Assembly: GCF_009914755.1 (NCBI RefSeq)
Contig: NC_060937.1
Origin: the human T2T-CHM13v2.0 reference genome, Homo sapiens
Reading direction: 5' to 3' (one strand)
Length of the DNA stretch: 64,000 nucleotides
This document shows positions 1-10,520 of this stretch, piece after piece. The translations under genes were made by a program, and so were the position numbers. The notes beneath the pieces are model-generated. The model was given only the letters and a program-made list of their open reading frames with translations. It had not been told where the DNA came from and ran no database searches. How positions within the stretch are numbered: position 1 is the first letter of the stretch; each line of letters starts with the position of its first letter.

Positions 1-838
1 AGTATTCTAAACTGTCTTAATTACTGTTATTTATAAACAAAACACAAGGTAACGGCCTCAGCCTAAAGCCTTGGTATAATTCCACCACACTCAATATAGT
101 GCTAAAAAAAAATTCCATTAATGCTTTTAATCGACTCATTGAGTTCATTTCTTTCTTCAATGAAATATTTTGTGTTTGCTAAAGTTACTTGTATTCATAT
201 CTAAAGCAGAAGAGCTAATGCATATTCCAAAGTCTGTTAGCCTTGAAATATCCACCTACTTCAAGCTTCTAAATATCCCTTCAAGCAACACTTCTGATAA
301 ACTGCAACTATGATCTTCTGCAAAATTTATGTTTTCAAGTTTTTCCTTCCATTGTTCTCACGTTTTACAAAATTGTATTCCTCTTAATATTTAAATAATA
401 TTTTAATACAAACTAAATATTCCCATTATTTAAAAGATTTTTTTGTCAAAGTTAAAATTCCGATCATTTAAAAGTAAAATACTACACATTTTTTCAAAAA
501 TATGGAAGACCTTCATTAGACAGCATCACATAAAGTGCATTTAAAGTTGTATTCATCAGTCAACTTTCTTTGCTTTTGTAGCCCAAATAAACCATCTGTA
601 AACTCATTATAACACCATATACCCTATTGGCCAAGCATATCCTAGAATCTATTTTTGGAAAAGAAAACTTCCTGGTGATACGGCAAATGATAAAAATTTG
701 CCAAAACACCATAAAACCATCAGCTCTAAAAGATAACAGAAAAAAATAAGAGGGAAATCACCACAGCTGCCAAAATATGTTTTTAATTTGCATTCATCCA
801 TTAGCAGGTTTGCTTTTTCTATTAAAAAATATAAACTG

Positions 839-1124
839 GGCCGCGTATGTTGGCCCACACCTGTAACCCCAGCAGCAAGGCGGGTGGATCACTTGAGGTC
901 AGGAGTTGGAGACCAGCCTGGCCACCATGGTGAAACCCGTCTCTACTAAAAGCACAAAAAATCAGCTGGTCATGGTGGCACACACCTGAGTCCCACCTAC
1001 TCGGAAGGCTGAAGCAGGAGAATTGCTTGAACCCAAGAGGCAGAGGTTGCAGTGAGCTGAGATGGTGTCACTGCACTCCGGCCTGAGCAACAGAGCAAGA
1101 CTCCGTTTCAAAAAAAAAAAAAAA

Positions 1125-1125
<1 letters not shown>
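839..1125 (+). mobile_element. AluS (Sx/Sz-like) with a small deletion in the left arm
   Basis: GGATCACTTGAGGTCAGGAG, A-rich linker, right arm and poly(A) tail. Confidence 0.93.
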
Positions 1126-1157
<32 letters not shown>

Positions 1158-1218
1158 GTTTATATTTAAAAAACACACTGTTTATATAAAAAGATACACA
1201 TACACACTGTTTATATAA
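1126..1218. repeat. (TA)n(CA)n microsatellite at the Alu tail, followed by a degenerate ACACAC(A/T)GTTTATAT unit x3
   Basis: Directly visible. Confidence 0.85.
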
Positions 1219-2975
1219 CGAATCTTTTCCATATATCTACTAAAACCCTGAAACCTCAATTTCCCAGATAGAAACAATTTTTCCCCAGGTGCTTTAAACA
1301 ACTTACAGCACTTGGTCCATTTATCACAAATTACCTTACATTATAATGTGCCACATAATTCTTACCCCACCCTCCTTGATTTTCAGCTCACTAACGATAC
1401 TGGATATTGTGCTACCCATTTTCATATAAGGGTCTATAGATGTAGTAGGAGCTAAATACGTGTAAGTCAAACGGATAACTGAGGCATGTTCTAATAAAAA
1501 TAACATTATTATTACTTGTATTATGTCCCTAACTTTGATAGCTTTATCCAATAGCAGAATGCATATTAGCCAGAATTTATTGGTCTACTATTACCACTGC
1601 TGCAGAACATCCTATAGCAGTTTACTTCTAAAATAATTTTTTGGATAAGGTATCATAATTTGTTTTACTACATATATCAGCAAACAATTGACTTCTTTAT
1701 TGAAGTATATCTTGTAGTAAACGTATTCTAGTAAACACAGTATGTCAATATGATCTACAACAAATATAATAATACAGCCTCTAAACCATATTTATTTGTA
1801 TAATCCTTCCACTTTTGCTTTATTCTACAGTAAGGCTAACTCTGGAATATTACGTTTAATGATAGAGGGAGGTAGAAGTAACACAAGGGGAAAGTCCAGG
1901 GGGCTTTCTAGCGTTCAGCTCTCTACAGCTAACTGGCTATTCACTATAATTTCATTACTTTACTTTGCTGAAAATCAATTTCCACATCTATGAAATAAAA
2001 ATCATAATACAGTTCATAAGAGTCCAACAATAAAACAGAAAGCATAACATAGTGCATATAGCACATATGTGCTGTATTACATGTCATATAACATATACTA
2101 TACATGACATATAAGTTGTACGATTCAAATATATATTAAATGATACAAATACATATGATACATAGGCTATGAGGATTACTATACCTATATTATACAAATA
2201 TCATTGAATATTTATTTAATAAAGGATGGAATCTAATAATTGTATGAGATTTTGTACGTTTTCTCCTGAAAGCATACAAAACTCAAATATGCAGAAGTGA
2301 AGGGACCAGACATGTTTTAAAGGAGACTCATTCTCACAGACAAAAGGAAAATCACAAAATCTGCCATTATATACAATCTATTAGTCATTAAAAGTATTTG
2401 TATTTTTTGTGTTCTATTTCATTTTTTTCACAATTTTTTTCACAATTCATCAGCTTAACTCCATGCAGCACTTCCAATAAAGATTCATCACTTTCAGCAC
2501 ATCTAATGATTATTGTCTCAATTTTATATCAAGATAATAAACTTTCTCATAACTAGATGCTTTCATTTCCCCTTTTTCCACTTGTTTTGTTAAAATAAGG
2601 TAAAAAGCAATAAAATTTTCCAAATAATTTTTGAAATTTTTGCCAAAAGTGGCAAAGTCACAGTTCTGTAGCAGGTGGGGGTTACTTGGCAAGACAGCAA
2701 CACAAACAGCCCAAAAAAGGCATTCATCAAATGATGTTCGTAAGTCAAAATCCAGTATATAAATGGCATTTCAGAGGTGACACGTATAGTATTCCATGTG
2801 CCAGTTATTTGAAAAGTCAATGATATAAAAGCCAAGGGCTACCAGTACCTGTTTACTAAACAGTACATATTAAACACACTAACATATGAAAAACCAAGTT
2901 CTTAACTTCTGTATTATACTAGGTATACAATAAGGAGTATTTTATTTTGTACCTACTATTTACTCTGAATGGCTG

Positions 2976-3136
2976 TTTGTTGTTACTGTTGTTTTAGAGA
3001 CAGGGTTTTCAAGGCTGGAGTGCATTGGCTCAATTGATCATAGCTCGTTGTAGCCCTGAACTCTGGGATCAAGGGATCCTCCTGCCTCAGCCTCCCAAGT
3101 AACTGGGAATACAGGCACACGCCACCAAACCCGGCC
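2976..3136 (-). mobile_element. Monomeric Alu (FRAM-like, right monomer only)
   Basis: Single right-arm-type monomer ending ...CCCGGCC on the + strand, flanked by the direct repeat TGAATGGC(T/A)G at 2966 and 3137. Confidence 0.8.
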
Positions 3137-4159
3137 TGAATGGCAGCTTTTAAGAGAGCCATCAATACACTAGAGCAAATATTTATAAATGCAGCATGGT
3201 TTAATTCTACTACACTACAAGATTTCTTTTTGCAAGAAGACATAAAAAATTTTTTCAGGGAAATAAAGTGAATCGAGGAATGGTTGACAGCGTTGAATAT
3301 ATTTAGCTACTTAGGGTGGAAAAGACCATGATAGGGGCATTTAGAACAAGGCAAATCAACAAGCAATTAACACCAGAAGGAATACTATGAGTTGTGGGGC
3401 CCGAGAATACCAACCGGAACACAGTGTATTCTTAAAGCAGGGGATGATAAATAAGAGAGTCCCACAAAAAGTGATGCTGATGTTTGCAGTGATAATTGTA
3501 ACATGAATTGGAGTCAGGCAAGATACCTGTAACATGGAAAGAGTCTAAATCAGTTATATTGAAGAGATAGTTTGAGTTTGTTTCTTTGCTCTTGCAAGGG
3601 TTTAAAAAAATTGTTTTTGTTTCTTTTTTAACTGGAGAAAATGCAGTTGCGGAGAAATCATGCGTGATTATAAATAGGTATTCAATAAATGTACAAATAA
3701 CGTGTAAGATCCTCATTATCTACCTTTATTGTGCATTTTGTATAATGTTAGTTAAGAATAACATATAGCATGTTGCAACAATGTTTGAGTCTAACCAAGT
3801 GACTTTTAAGCCATAAATCAGACATAGCTTAATCAACACAATCTTGATTTAACTGGGGATTTGCAGTTCAATGTACTGCTCGAAATTATAGTATATCACA
3901 AATTTAATAATTCTATTTTTAAAATTAAGGGCATTCTTTTTAATGACCAGTTGATAGAAGCTTCAGGTGACTCATTAAAGAAGTAGCCTGCAGATTTTCA
4001 ATCTCTAATCATTGTTCATCTTTATTTTCAATTTTCTGTAAATGATCATGTGAACTGTAATTTCATGTGTTTTTCTTTTGACAAGCTTGGATACTTCACC
4101 TGTATTATATAAATGTTAATAATCAGTAACTTTTATACCAGCTACGTTGAAACTTTTTA

Positions 4160-4235
4160 AGAGTGACTTTCTCAAGGTCACAGAGCAAATCTCTGGTGAG
4201 ACAGGAATGGAATTCATGACCTTTGACTGCCAGAG
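4160..4235 (-). mobile_element. MIR core fragment
   Basis: GTGACTTTCTCAAGGTCACAGAGC resembles the reverse MIR core. Confidence 0.5.
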
Positions 4236-4414
4236 TTTTCTACCCACACTCGGAAATTCCTTCCCCATAAGTGTAATTTATATGCTCACTTTGAGAAACA
4301 GGAAAGTTTATCCCTTTCAGGGGAGGGCAGTGTGGGGGCGGTGGAGGTATGGCTGGAGTGCTTTTCCTATCAATCAGTTGCCACACAAGAACTTTGTAGT
4401 TTTACAAAGTGACT

Positions 4415-4565
4415 TTTGGCCACATTACCCCATTTAACCCTCACCACAGCCCTGTAAACTACATATTATTTTTTCCATTGTATAAACTCAGAGAGGTTAA
4501 GAAATTTGACCAAGGTCATCCATAGTTAGCAAGCAAGAGAGTAAGAATCGAACTGAGATATTTCT
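4415..4565 (-). mobile_element. MIR
   Basis: CATTTAACCCTCACCACAGCCCTGT...CAGAGAGGTTAAGAAATTTGACCAAGGTCA. Confidence 0.7.
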
Positions 4566-5012
4566 GCCACTGAAATTAGTTGTGATTCAAGGATGTATCA
4601 TCTTAGAGGTTACCATTCATTGTGAAATGAAGGAAGGTTTTCTTTACATTGTTTTCGAATAATTTAACTTGGTTGCCATTTAGGTTTGTTTTCTTTAAGG
4701 CAGGGTTGTTTTTCTTTTGTTACAAGTTAGCTCGATAATTTCAAAGTGAGCACAGTATTACTAAAGATAGAATTTTTTTTAAAGACTGTTTTTCCCCCTT
4801 TTTTATACACACGTGTGGCTTTTTACTGTATTTCTCGGTCATGAAATTTTACTGTAATTCTTGCTCTTGTGTATGGTGTGTGTGGGTGGGTTATGTACTA
4901 ATATAGATATAGACTACAAAAACACATGTAAAAACATATAAAGATAAATACTAAATATACACATACACATATAGATATATAAGATGATGAATATATATGT
5001 ATATACAGTATG

Positions 5013-5318
5013 TAGTCATTCTTCAGTACCCTTGGAGGGTTGACTCCAGGATCCCATCCCACAGCAGATACCAAAATCCATGGATGCTCAAGTCCGTTAT
5101 AAAAAATAATGCAGTATTTGCATATAACCTGTGCACATCCTCCTACATACTTTAAATCATCTCTAGATTACTTACAATCACTTATACAATGTAAATGCTA
5201 TATAAAGTTATGATTTTATTTGTATCATTTTTATTGTTGTATTTTTTTCTTGAATGTTTTCAATCTACAATTGATTGACTCCCTTAATGCAGAACCCACG
5301 AATAAAGAGGGCCAACTG
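5013..5318 (+). mobile_element. MER2 (TcMar-Tigger non-autonomous DNA transposon)
   Basis: GATACCAAAATCCATGGATGCTCAAGTCC...GTATTTGCATATAACCT...ATCATCTCTAGATTACTTA; ends GAGGGCCAACTG followed by TA. Confidence 0.85.
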
Positions 5319-6354
5319 TATACATATACATCATGCCAGGAATTACTGTGAAAGGCCATATATACTGAGAAGCATGGCAAATGTCACACTTGGGACACAA
5401 TTCATGGCTGTCAAAGCCAGCAGGTAGTTATCGTGGTAGCTTCTACAGTCACTGATAGTGGTGGGGAAACTATCCCAAAGGTCTCCTAATTTATTCCACT
5501 CTCACCTTCCATGCAGCAGTACAGCAGTAAGGGCTTCCTGCTACTTCTGCACCAGACAGCAAATGTGTTTGGAGCAGTCTAATTATTACACTAATAAATA
5601 TTCAAAAATGTAGACCATGAGAGTAGCAACAAAAGAAACACATGACTTTAAGTTGAAAAAAAAAAAAAGACAGGAAGAAAGACCATACCAGAGCAGAATT
5701 CTTTGGGTGAATATCCTGTAATCTACTGCCGACCAAAACAAATTTTTATGGAGCAATAAGACTACTCAAGTAGCCACTTTATGACAATAAACACCCAAAA
5801 CGGAAAAATCCTTTTGTAACATAATTACTGACAATATAGAGAGAAAGTAACCATTTAATCCACAGCATGTGTTCTCTACCACAAGAACTCAATAGCTGAC
5901 ATCAGATGGGGTGTGGCCGACCTAGGCCCTAAAAATGAATTCTGGCGGGTGGAAGTCAGGCAGCTCTCTGGGCTGGGCTTGGGATCCAGAAACTTAGCAG
6001 GTCTAACAGAGCCTAAGACTGTTGACCTTCTGGGCATAGGGCAAGGCCCATCTGTTTACTTGCTTGCTTTTGGGAGGAGTGGTTGTGGTAGATGAGTTAA
6101 GGCTGTGGTTATAGGGCGTTGCCAGTGATTTAATTTTAATATTTTTACCCTTACATTCTGTACACAGTTAAAAGTTCAAAGCTGTGCATAAATTGCAGGC
6201 CGAAAAACAAGTAAGTGTGAGTTTGAAAGGAAAAATAAACACTGGGCAAAAATATAAGCCATTTCCAGTCTATGATCATACAGTATTTTCAAATAGAAAA
6301 TGACAGATAAGCAACTACAACCTATTTCAGACTTATTTTAAAAATTAAACTTGT

Positions 6355-6626
6355 AGCCAGCGCAGTCGCTGATGCCTATAATCCCAGCACTTTGGCAGGA
6401 GGTTTGCTTGAGGCCAGGAATTCAGGATCTAGCCTGGACAACACAGTTAAGACCCCGTGTCTACAAAAAAATTTTTAGCTGGGTGTGGCAGTGTGCACCT
6501 GTAGTCCTGCCTACTTGGGAGGCTAAGGTGGGAGGATCCCTTGAGCCCGGGAATTTGAGCTATGATGATGCCACTGCAGTCCCGCCTGGGTGACAGAGTG
6601 AGACCTCAACTCAAAAAAAAAAAAAA
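6355..6626 (+). mobile_element. AluJ
   Basis: Diverged dimeric Alu with J-type GGAGGATCCCTTGAGCCC and a poly(A) tail. Confidence 0.9.
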
Positions 6627-9600
6627 GCTGTTTTCTAAGCAGAAAAGGTAATAATGGTGTTGATTTTGAATAAAACTGTCTTGGGATTTTAGCTCATGTT
6701 CATTAATCAGCATGCAAGTGGCAAGCAGAAAAACTTATAAACAAAAACTTTTCAAATGAGTTTGTGCCATTACTAGTTTTATAGTTTAATACACAATCTA
6801 CAGCTAGATTTATGAACTTGACTGCTTCTCTCACAATATAAAGAAAACAAACCATTTGACACTCCAATTTAATGTGATCATTGTAATATTATTAATTTGC
6901 AAAAACATAAAGTCCCATGCTTTCCATGTTGTACAATGGAAAAAATGTCCAGGACCTTTATATGTTCATCTACTTAACAATATGCCTTCACTGGGTAAGG
7001 TTACCCCAAACTCTAGATTAACCAACACTGGCTTGAATTCAAAATGCTCTCAGCATAGGCCTAGAGGCCTAAGCACTTACGTTGTCTCTGCAGAGATAAA
7101 ACACACCTATATTTAAGGCCAAATTATTTCAGTAAGTTGATAACAGCCTGTTTCATGATATACTGTAACATCTAAAACTCACTGGAGCCTGTTAAAGTGC
7201 ATACTTTCCCTGAACAGGAGTCAGGGAAAATATCCCTGAGCAACATGTATATTTTCACATGACCAGAACACGATGGATATTACAGGCCAGATGCATGTTC
7301 TTCAGAATGAACGTCAAGCATCCCGATTTGTTCTCCCTTTGGCCTGGGGAGAGTGAGTACACTAGTGTTTGCAGACCTTCCCTTTCAGCACACACATAGG
7401 CTGCAGCTGTAGTAAACAACCACCAGCCAAGAGTTGCTAAGGTCAAGGTCTCAAATGCTATACCAGGACCATTTACTCCCAAATGATAGTCATTGCTGTA
7501 AAAAGAACTTCTGGGGAGTGGGAGGTGGAGAATATTAAGGACTCATTAGCACAACAATTTTTTTCAATAAATAGTAATAAAAAGCATTCCACAATAAAGT
7601 TCAGCTGACTGCATTGCTAAGTAGTAGATAAATAACTGAAGGTTTTCAAAAATAAACAGAAACCCTCAAGAATGTTTTGTTTAACCTGACATAGCCATGT
7701 TGGTTACATGGTCTTAGTTCAAAATTATGAAAATTTTATGTGAAAACATTTCAAATTTCAAATTTTCCCAGTACATTTCATAATAGTTATTAAATTGGCA
7801 GAATAATAAACCGCTTTCCTAATTTTTATATGCTCAAATTGCTCTTTCCCCAACTCAAAGGAGCTTAATATATTCAATCTAGTATCAAGACCCGTCTGCA
7901 ACAATAAAGATATAACTTACCCAACTGAAACGTCTGTCCTTCAACATCCTATTTCCACTATGCTTCTACAGTTTGAAATTTTCTAACCTAAAAGTATACT
8001 CCTTTATCGGAACCAATTTCTATGTGGTCTTAAAAAATGCACACAACATGTGAATGAGGTCTGAGAATAGCACAAGCAAGCTTTTTTCCTTGAGGGAGGG
8101 GGGGTCCACTGTTTTAAATAAATGTCAGTTCTAAAAGCGTTTCTTAGAAGACGGTATACACCCACTCCTCAAAGTGACCACTCCTATTCCCATCACAAGC
8201 TGCTTCTTGCTAAAAGCCACCAAATTTATTTCAAAGCATTTACTTATCTAAACAACTCTATCGTCCAGTAAGAAAAGGGCATGGAGGCGTCTAGGTGGTT
8301 TTGCAGAATGACGTGTATTTGATTGGCAGATGTCTACCGAAGTCACTAGATGCACACGCACTAAATGTAAATAGAGTTGCTCGTCTCTCCGATGTTACAG
8401 GGAAACAGAGAATCTTAACGCTGGTGTAAAATAAAATATCAGAGTGCTCGCCGAGAATTCCATTAGCCAGTGGAATTATCTAAAACAATCCATACAGAAC
8501 GACACTTTAGCCATCTATACAGTTAAATTAGAGTGCTGACAATACTAACTACGCAAACTGTTTATCCAGATTACACATTCCGTTGTATTAATACTCTTTA
8601 ACTCAACACAGTCAGCTTTTATCAGCTGAAATAAGACTATTACTATTAAAGTATGCAAAACTCGAAGCGCAGGGTGAAGGGGGTTGGGAAGCTGCAGGGC
8701 ATATAACAAAGGAATTGGTACTTTTTCCAAGCATTTGCCTCAAATGCACTGCGAAACAAAACTGTTGAGTGCACCCCACCCTTTTCCCCAAAGATAAAAG
8801 TTTTCAAAGTTCTTGCAGACAGCTCGCTACCCAACAAAAGCAGGACTGATTCTCCCCGTAGGGGAGCATCTAACGTGAACACCAACTAATGTCGCGGAGG
8901 TCAAGTCTGAACCCTCAGAGTGAGCTTCTGAGGCAAGAAGTGGCTCCCAGGCCGGCTCTGCGGGTTCCCGGCCCGGGTGGACGTACAAAGTTGCCCCTTG
9001 TCAACTCCGGCCAGGTCCCCCGTAATTGAAAATAACAGCCACCGGCCAGCCCCTGGCTACTTGCATGGACCAGGCACTGTAGCAAGTGACAGTTACACAT
9101 CATTACGACCAGAGACAATAATGAATGTAGCACCAGGAGCACTATTCATGCCAGCAGTGTCATCTCCGCCTTAACCCCTTCCCCTCCACTCTCTCCAGCG
9201 CGCACACACAGCCCACACGGTCCCGGTGCGGAGCTATTCATCCACCCCGCTCGAGGCCGGGGGGCCAACTACTTCCACGAGCCCCCCCTCCCCCCCAAGT
9301 TCAGCCCTGGGGTTTTATTTCACATCCTTGGCAACTGTCAGGCAAACACTGCAACCAACAATTCCACTAGGGGTAGAAAAACACTTGCTTAATTCACGTT
9401 ACTTGATAACTTCTTCTGGAAAAAAAAAATTAGGGGAGGTGGGGAAGAAACCTCCTTCTTTCTTCTCCACGAATCCGACCGACGCTACTTGCTTTGCAAC
9501 AGCATCGCCCTTCCCCGGCCCCCTCCCGCTTCCCAGCACTTTCCCCCTTTAAGAACACAGACCAACCAAAATGATTTAACTTGAGCAGATGACAGAAGGA

Positions 9601-9703
9601 AAATAAAACACGTTAAGAGAATACGGTCTGATTTGGGATGGCAAAAAAAAAAAAAAAGAGGAGGGGGTTGTTTATTTTGATAAGAAACGGAATCGGCACA
9701 GAC

Positions 9704-9890
9704 CTGAACAGAAGCTGCAGAGCAGGAGAAATTGTTTTCTTTCCCTCACACAGAGTCCCCCTCTCTCTCTCCCTTTCTCTCTCTCACACGCGCGCGCGCA
9801 CACACACACACACTCGCACACACACGGCGTCACCCGCGCACACGCACACGCAGAGCCTCTCAGCGGCTCTCTGCAGTTCTCAGGAAATGA
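9704..9890 (-). other. KLF12: Non-coding first exon (5' UTR), probably KLF12 exon 1
   Basis: Minus strand: Inr-like TCATTTC (9890-9884), GT- and GA-repeat-rich UTR with no ATG, ending CTCTGCAGCTTCTGTTCAG|GTCTGT. I recall this as the KLF12 mRNA leader that splices to the exon encoding MNIHMKRK. The 5' end is approximate. Confidence 0.68.
9761..9826. repeat. Compound (CT)n-(CA)/(CG)n dinucleotide repeat inside exon 1
   Basis: CTCTCTCTCT...CACACGCGCGCGCGCACACACACACACAC. Confidence 0.9.
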
Positions 9891-9928
9891 ATGGGGGGCA
9901 ACCCGGGGAACTGTTGTACTTGCAAATG

Positions 9929-9937
9929 ACTTACCCG
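9929..9937 (-). other. Strong 5' splice donor CGG|GTAAGT of a probable alternative upstream first exon (last exonic base 9935)
   Basis: Near-consensus U1 site within the island, in the same orientation as exon 1. Confidence 0.55.
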
Positions 9938-10122
9938 GATCACATGATGCGCTAAATGTAGGGTGGGCCGGTGGGTGGAGGCTGCCGAGTTGCGAGCCCC
10001 GGTCTAGTGTGGGGAGCCTCGCCAGGCCCGCATCGAATTACCCCGGGGCCCAGCCGAGGGGGTTGCAGGACGCCGCTTCTCCTCCCTCGCAGCCCGCAGC
10101 TCAGGAAACCGGAGAGGCGCTT

Positions 10123-10141
10123 GGGGTGGGGTGGGGTGGGG
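10123..10141 (+). promoter_or_regulatory. (GGGGT)3GGGG G-quadruplex motif; tandem KLF/Sp GT boxes
   Basis: Four G4 runs with 1-nt loops, directly visible. Confidence 0.6.
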
Positions 10142-10485
10142 TGCTGTGAGGGGGGGGGCCGAAAACAAGAAACCCCCAAACAAAAGAGCTCCGGGTCCTC
10201 CTCCCCAGAAACAAAGCCCCGCCGCTGCCGGCGAGCCCCGGGGTGGGGCCGAGGGCGGGGGCGGCGGCGGGGAGGGGCTCGCTCAGCAGGCGCTAAGTCG
10301 CTTTATTGCCATAAAATGGGGCCCCCGAGCCGCTCCGCCCGAGGATTAGGAGGCGGGCTCTGAGTGTGATGGTTGAAATCCCCTGTGGGAAACTAACCCC
10401 TCCCCGCTCGCAGAGGTAGAAGGCAACACCCACTGCCCGGCCCTCGCCTCCCCGCCCGGACCGCCGGGCTGGGTCCGCGGCGCCT

Positions 10486-10520
10486 CCACCCCGCCCCACC
10501 CCGCCCCACCCCTGCCCCCG
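10486..10520 (-). promoter_or_regulatory. Tandem GC/GT boxes (Sp/KLF) and G-quadruplex motif
   Basis: CCACCCCGCCCCACCCCGCCCCACCCCTGCCCCC on the + strand. Confidence 0.6.

Larger units (their letters stand above)
1..9703 (-). other. KLF12: 5' part of intron 1 of the minus-strand gene (probably KLF12); continues past the left edge of the window
   Basis: Lies downstream (minus strand) of the GT donor at 9703. No coding exon is recognisable. Gene identity is recalled, not searched. Confidence 0.6.

Noticed and set aside
2040-2220. ATAC/ATAT-rich stretch
   Set aside because: Degenerate low-complexity sequence with no defined unit.
7205-7229. Hairpin TTTCCCTGA-N7-TCAGGGAAA
   Set aside because: One 9-bp stem in 64 kb of AT-rich DNA is compatible with chance, and it is too short for a pre-miRNA.
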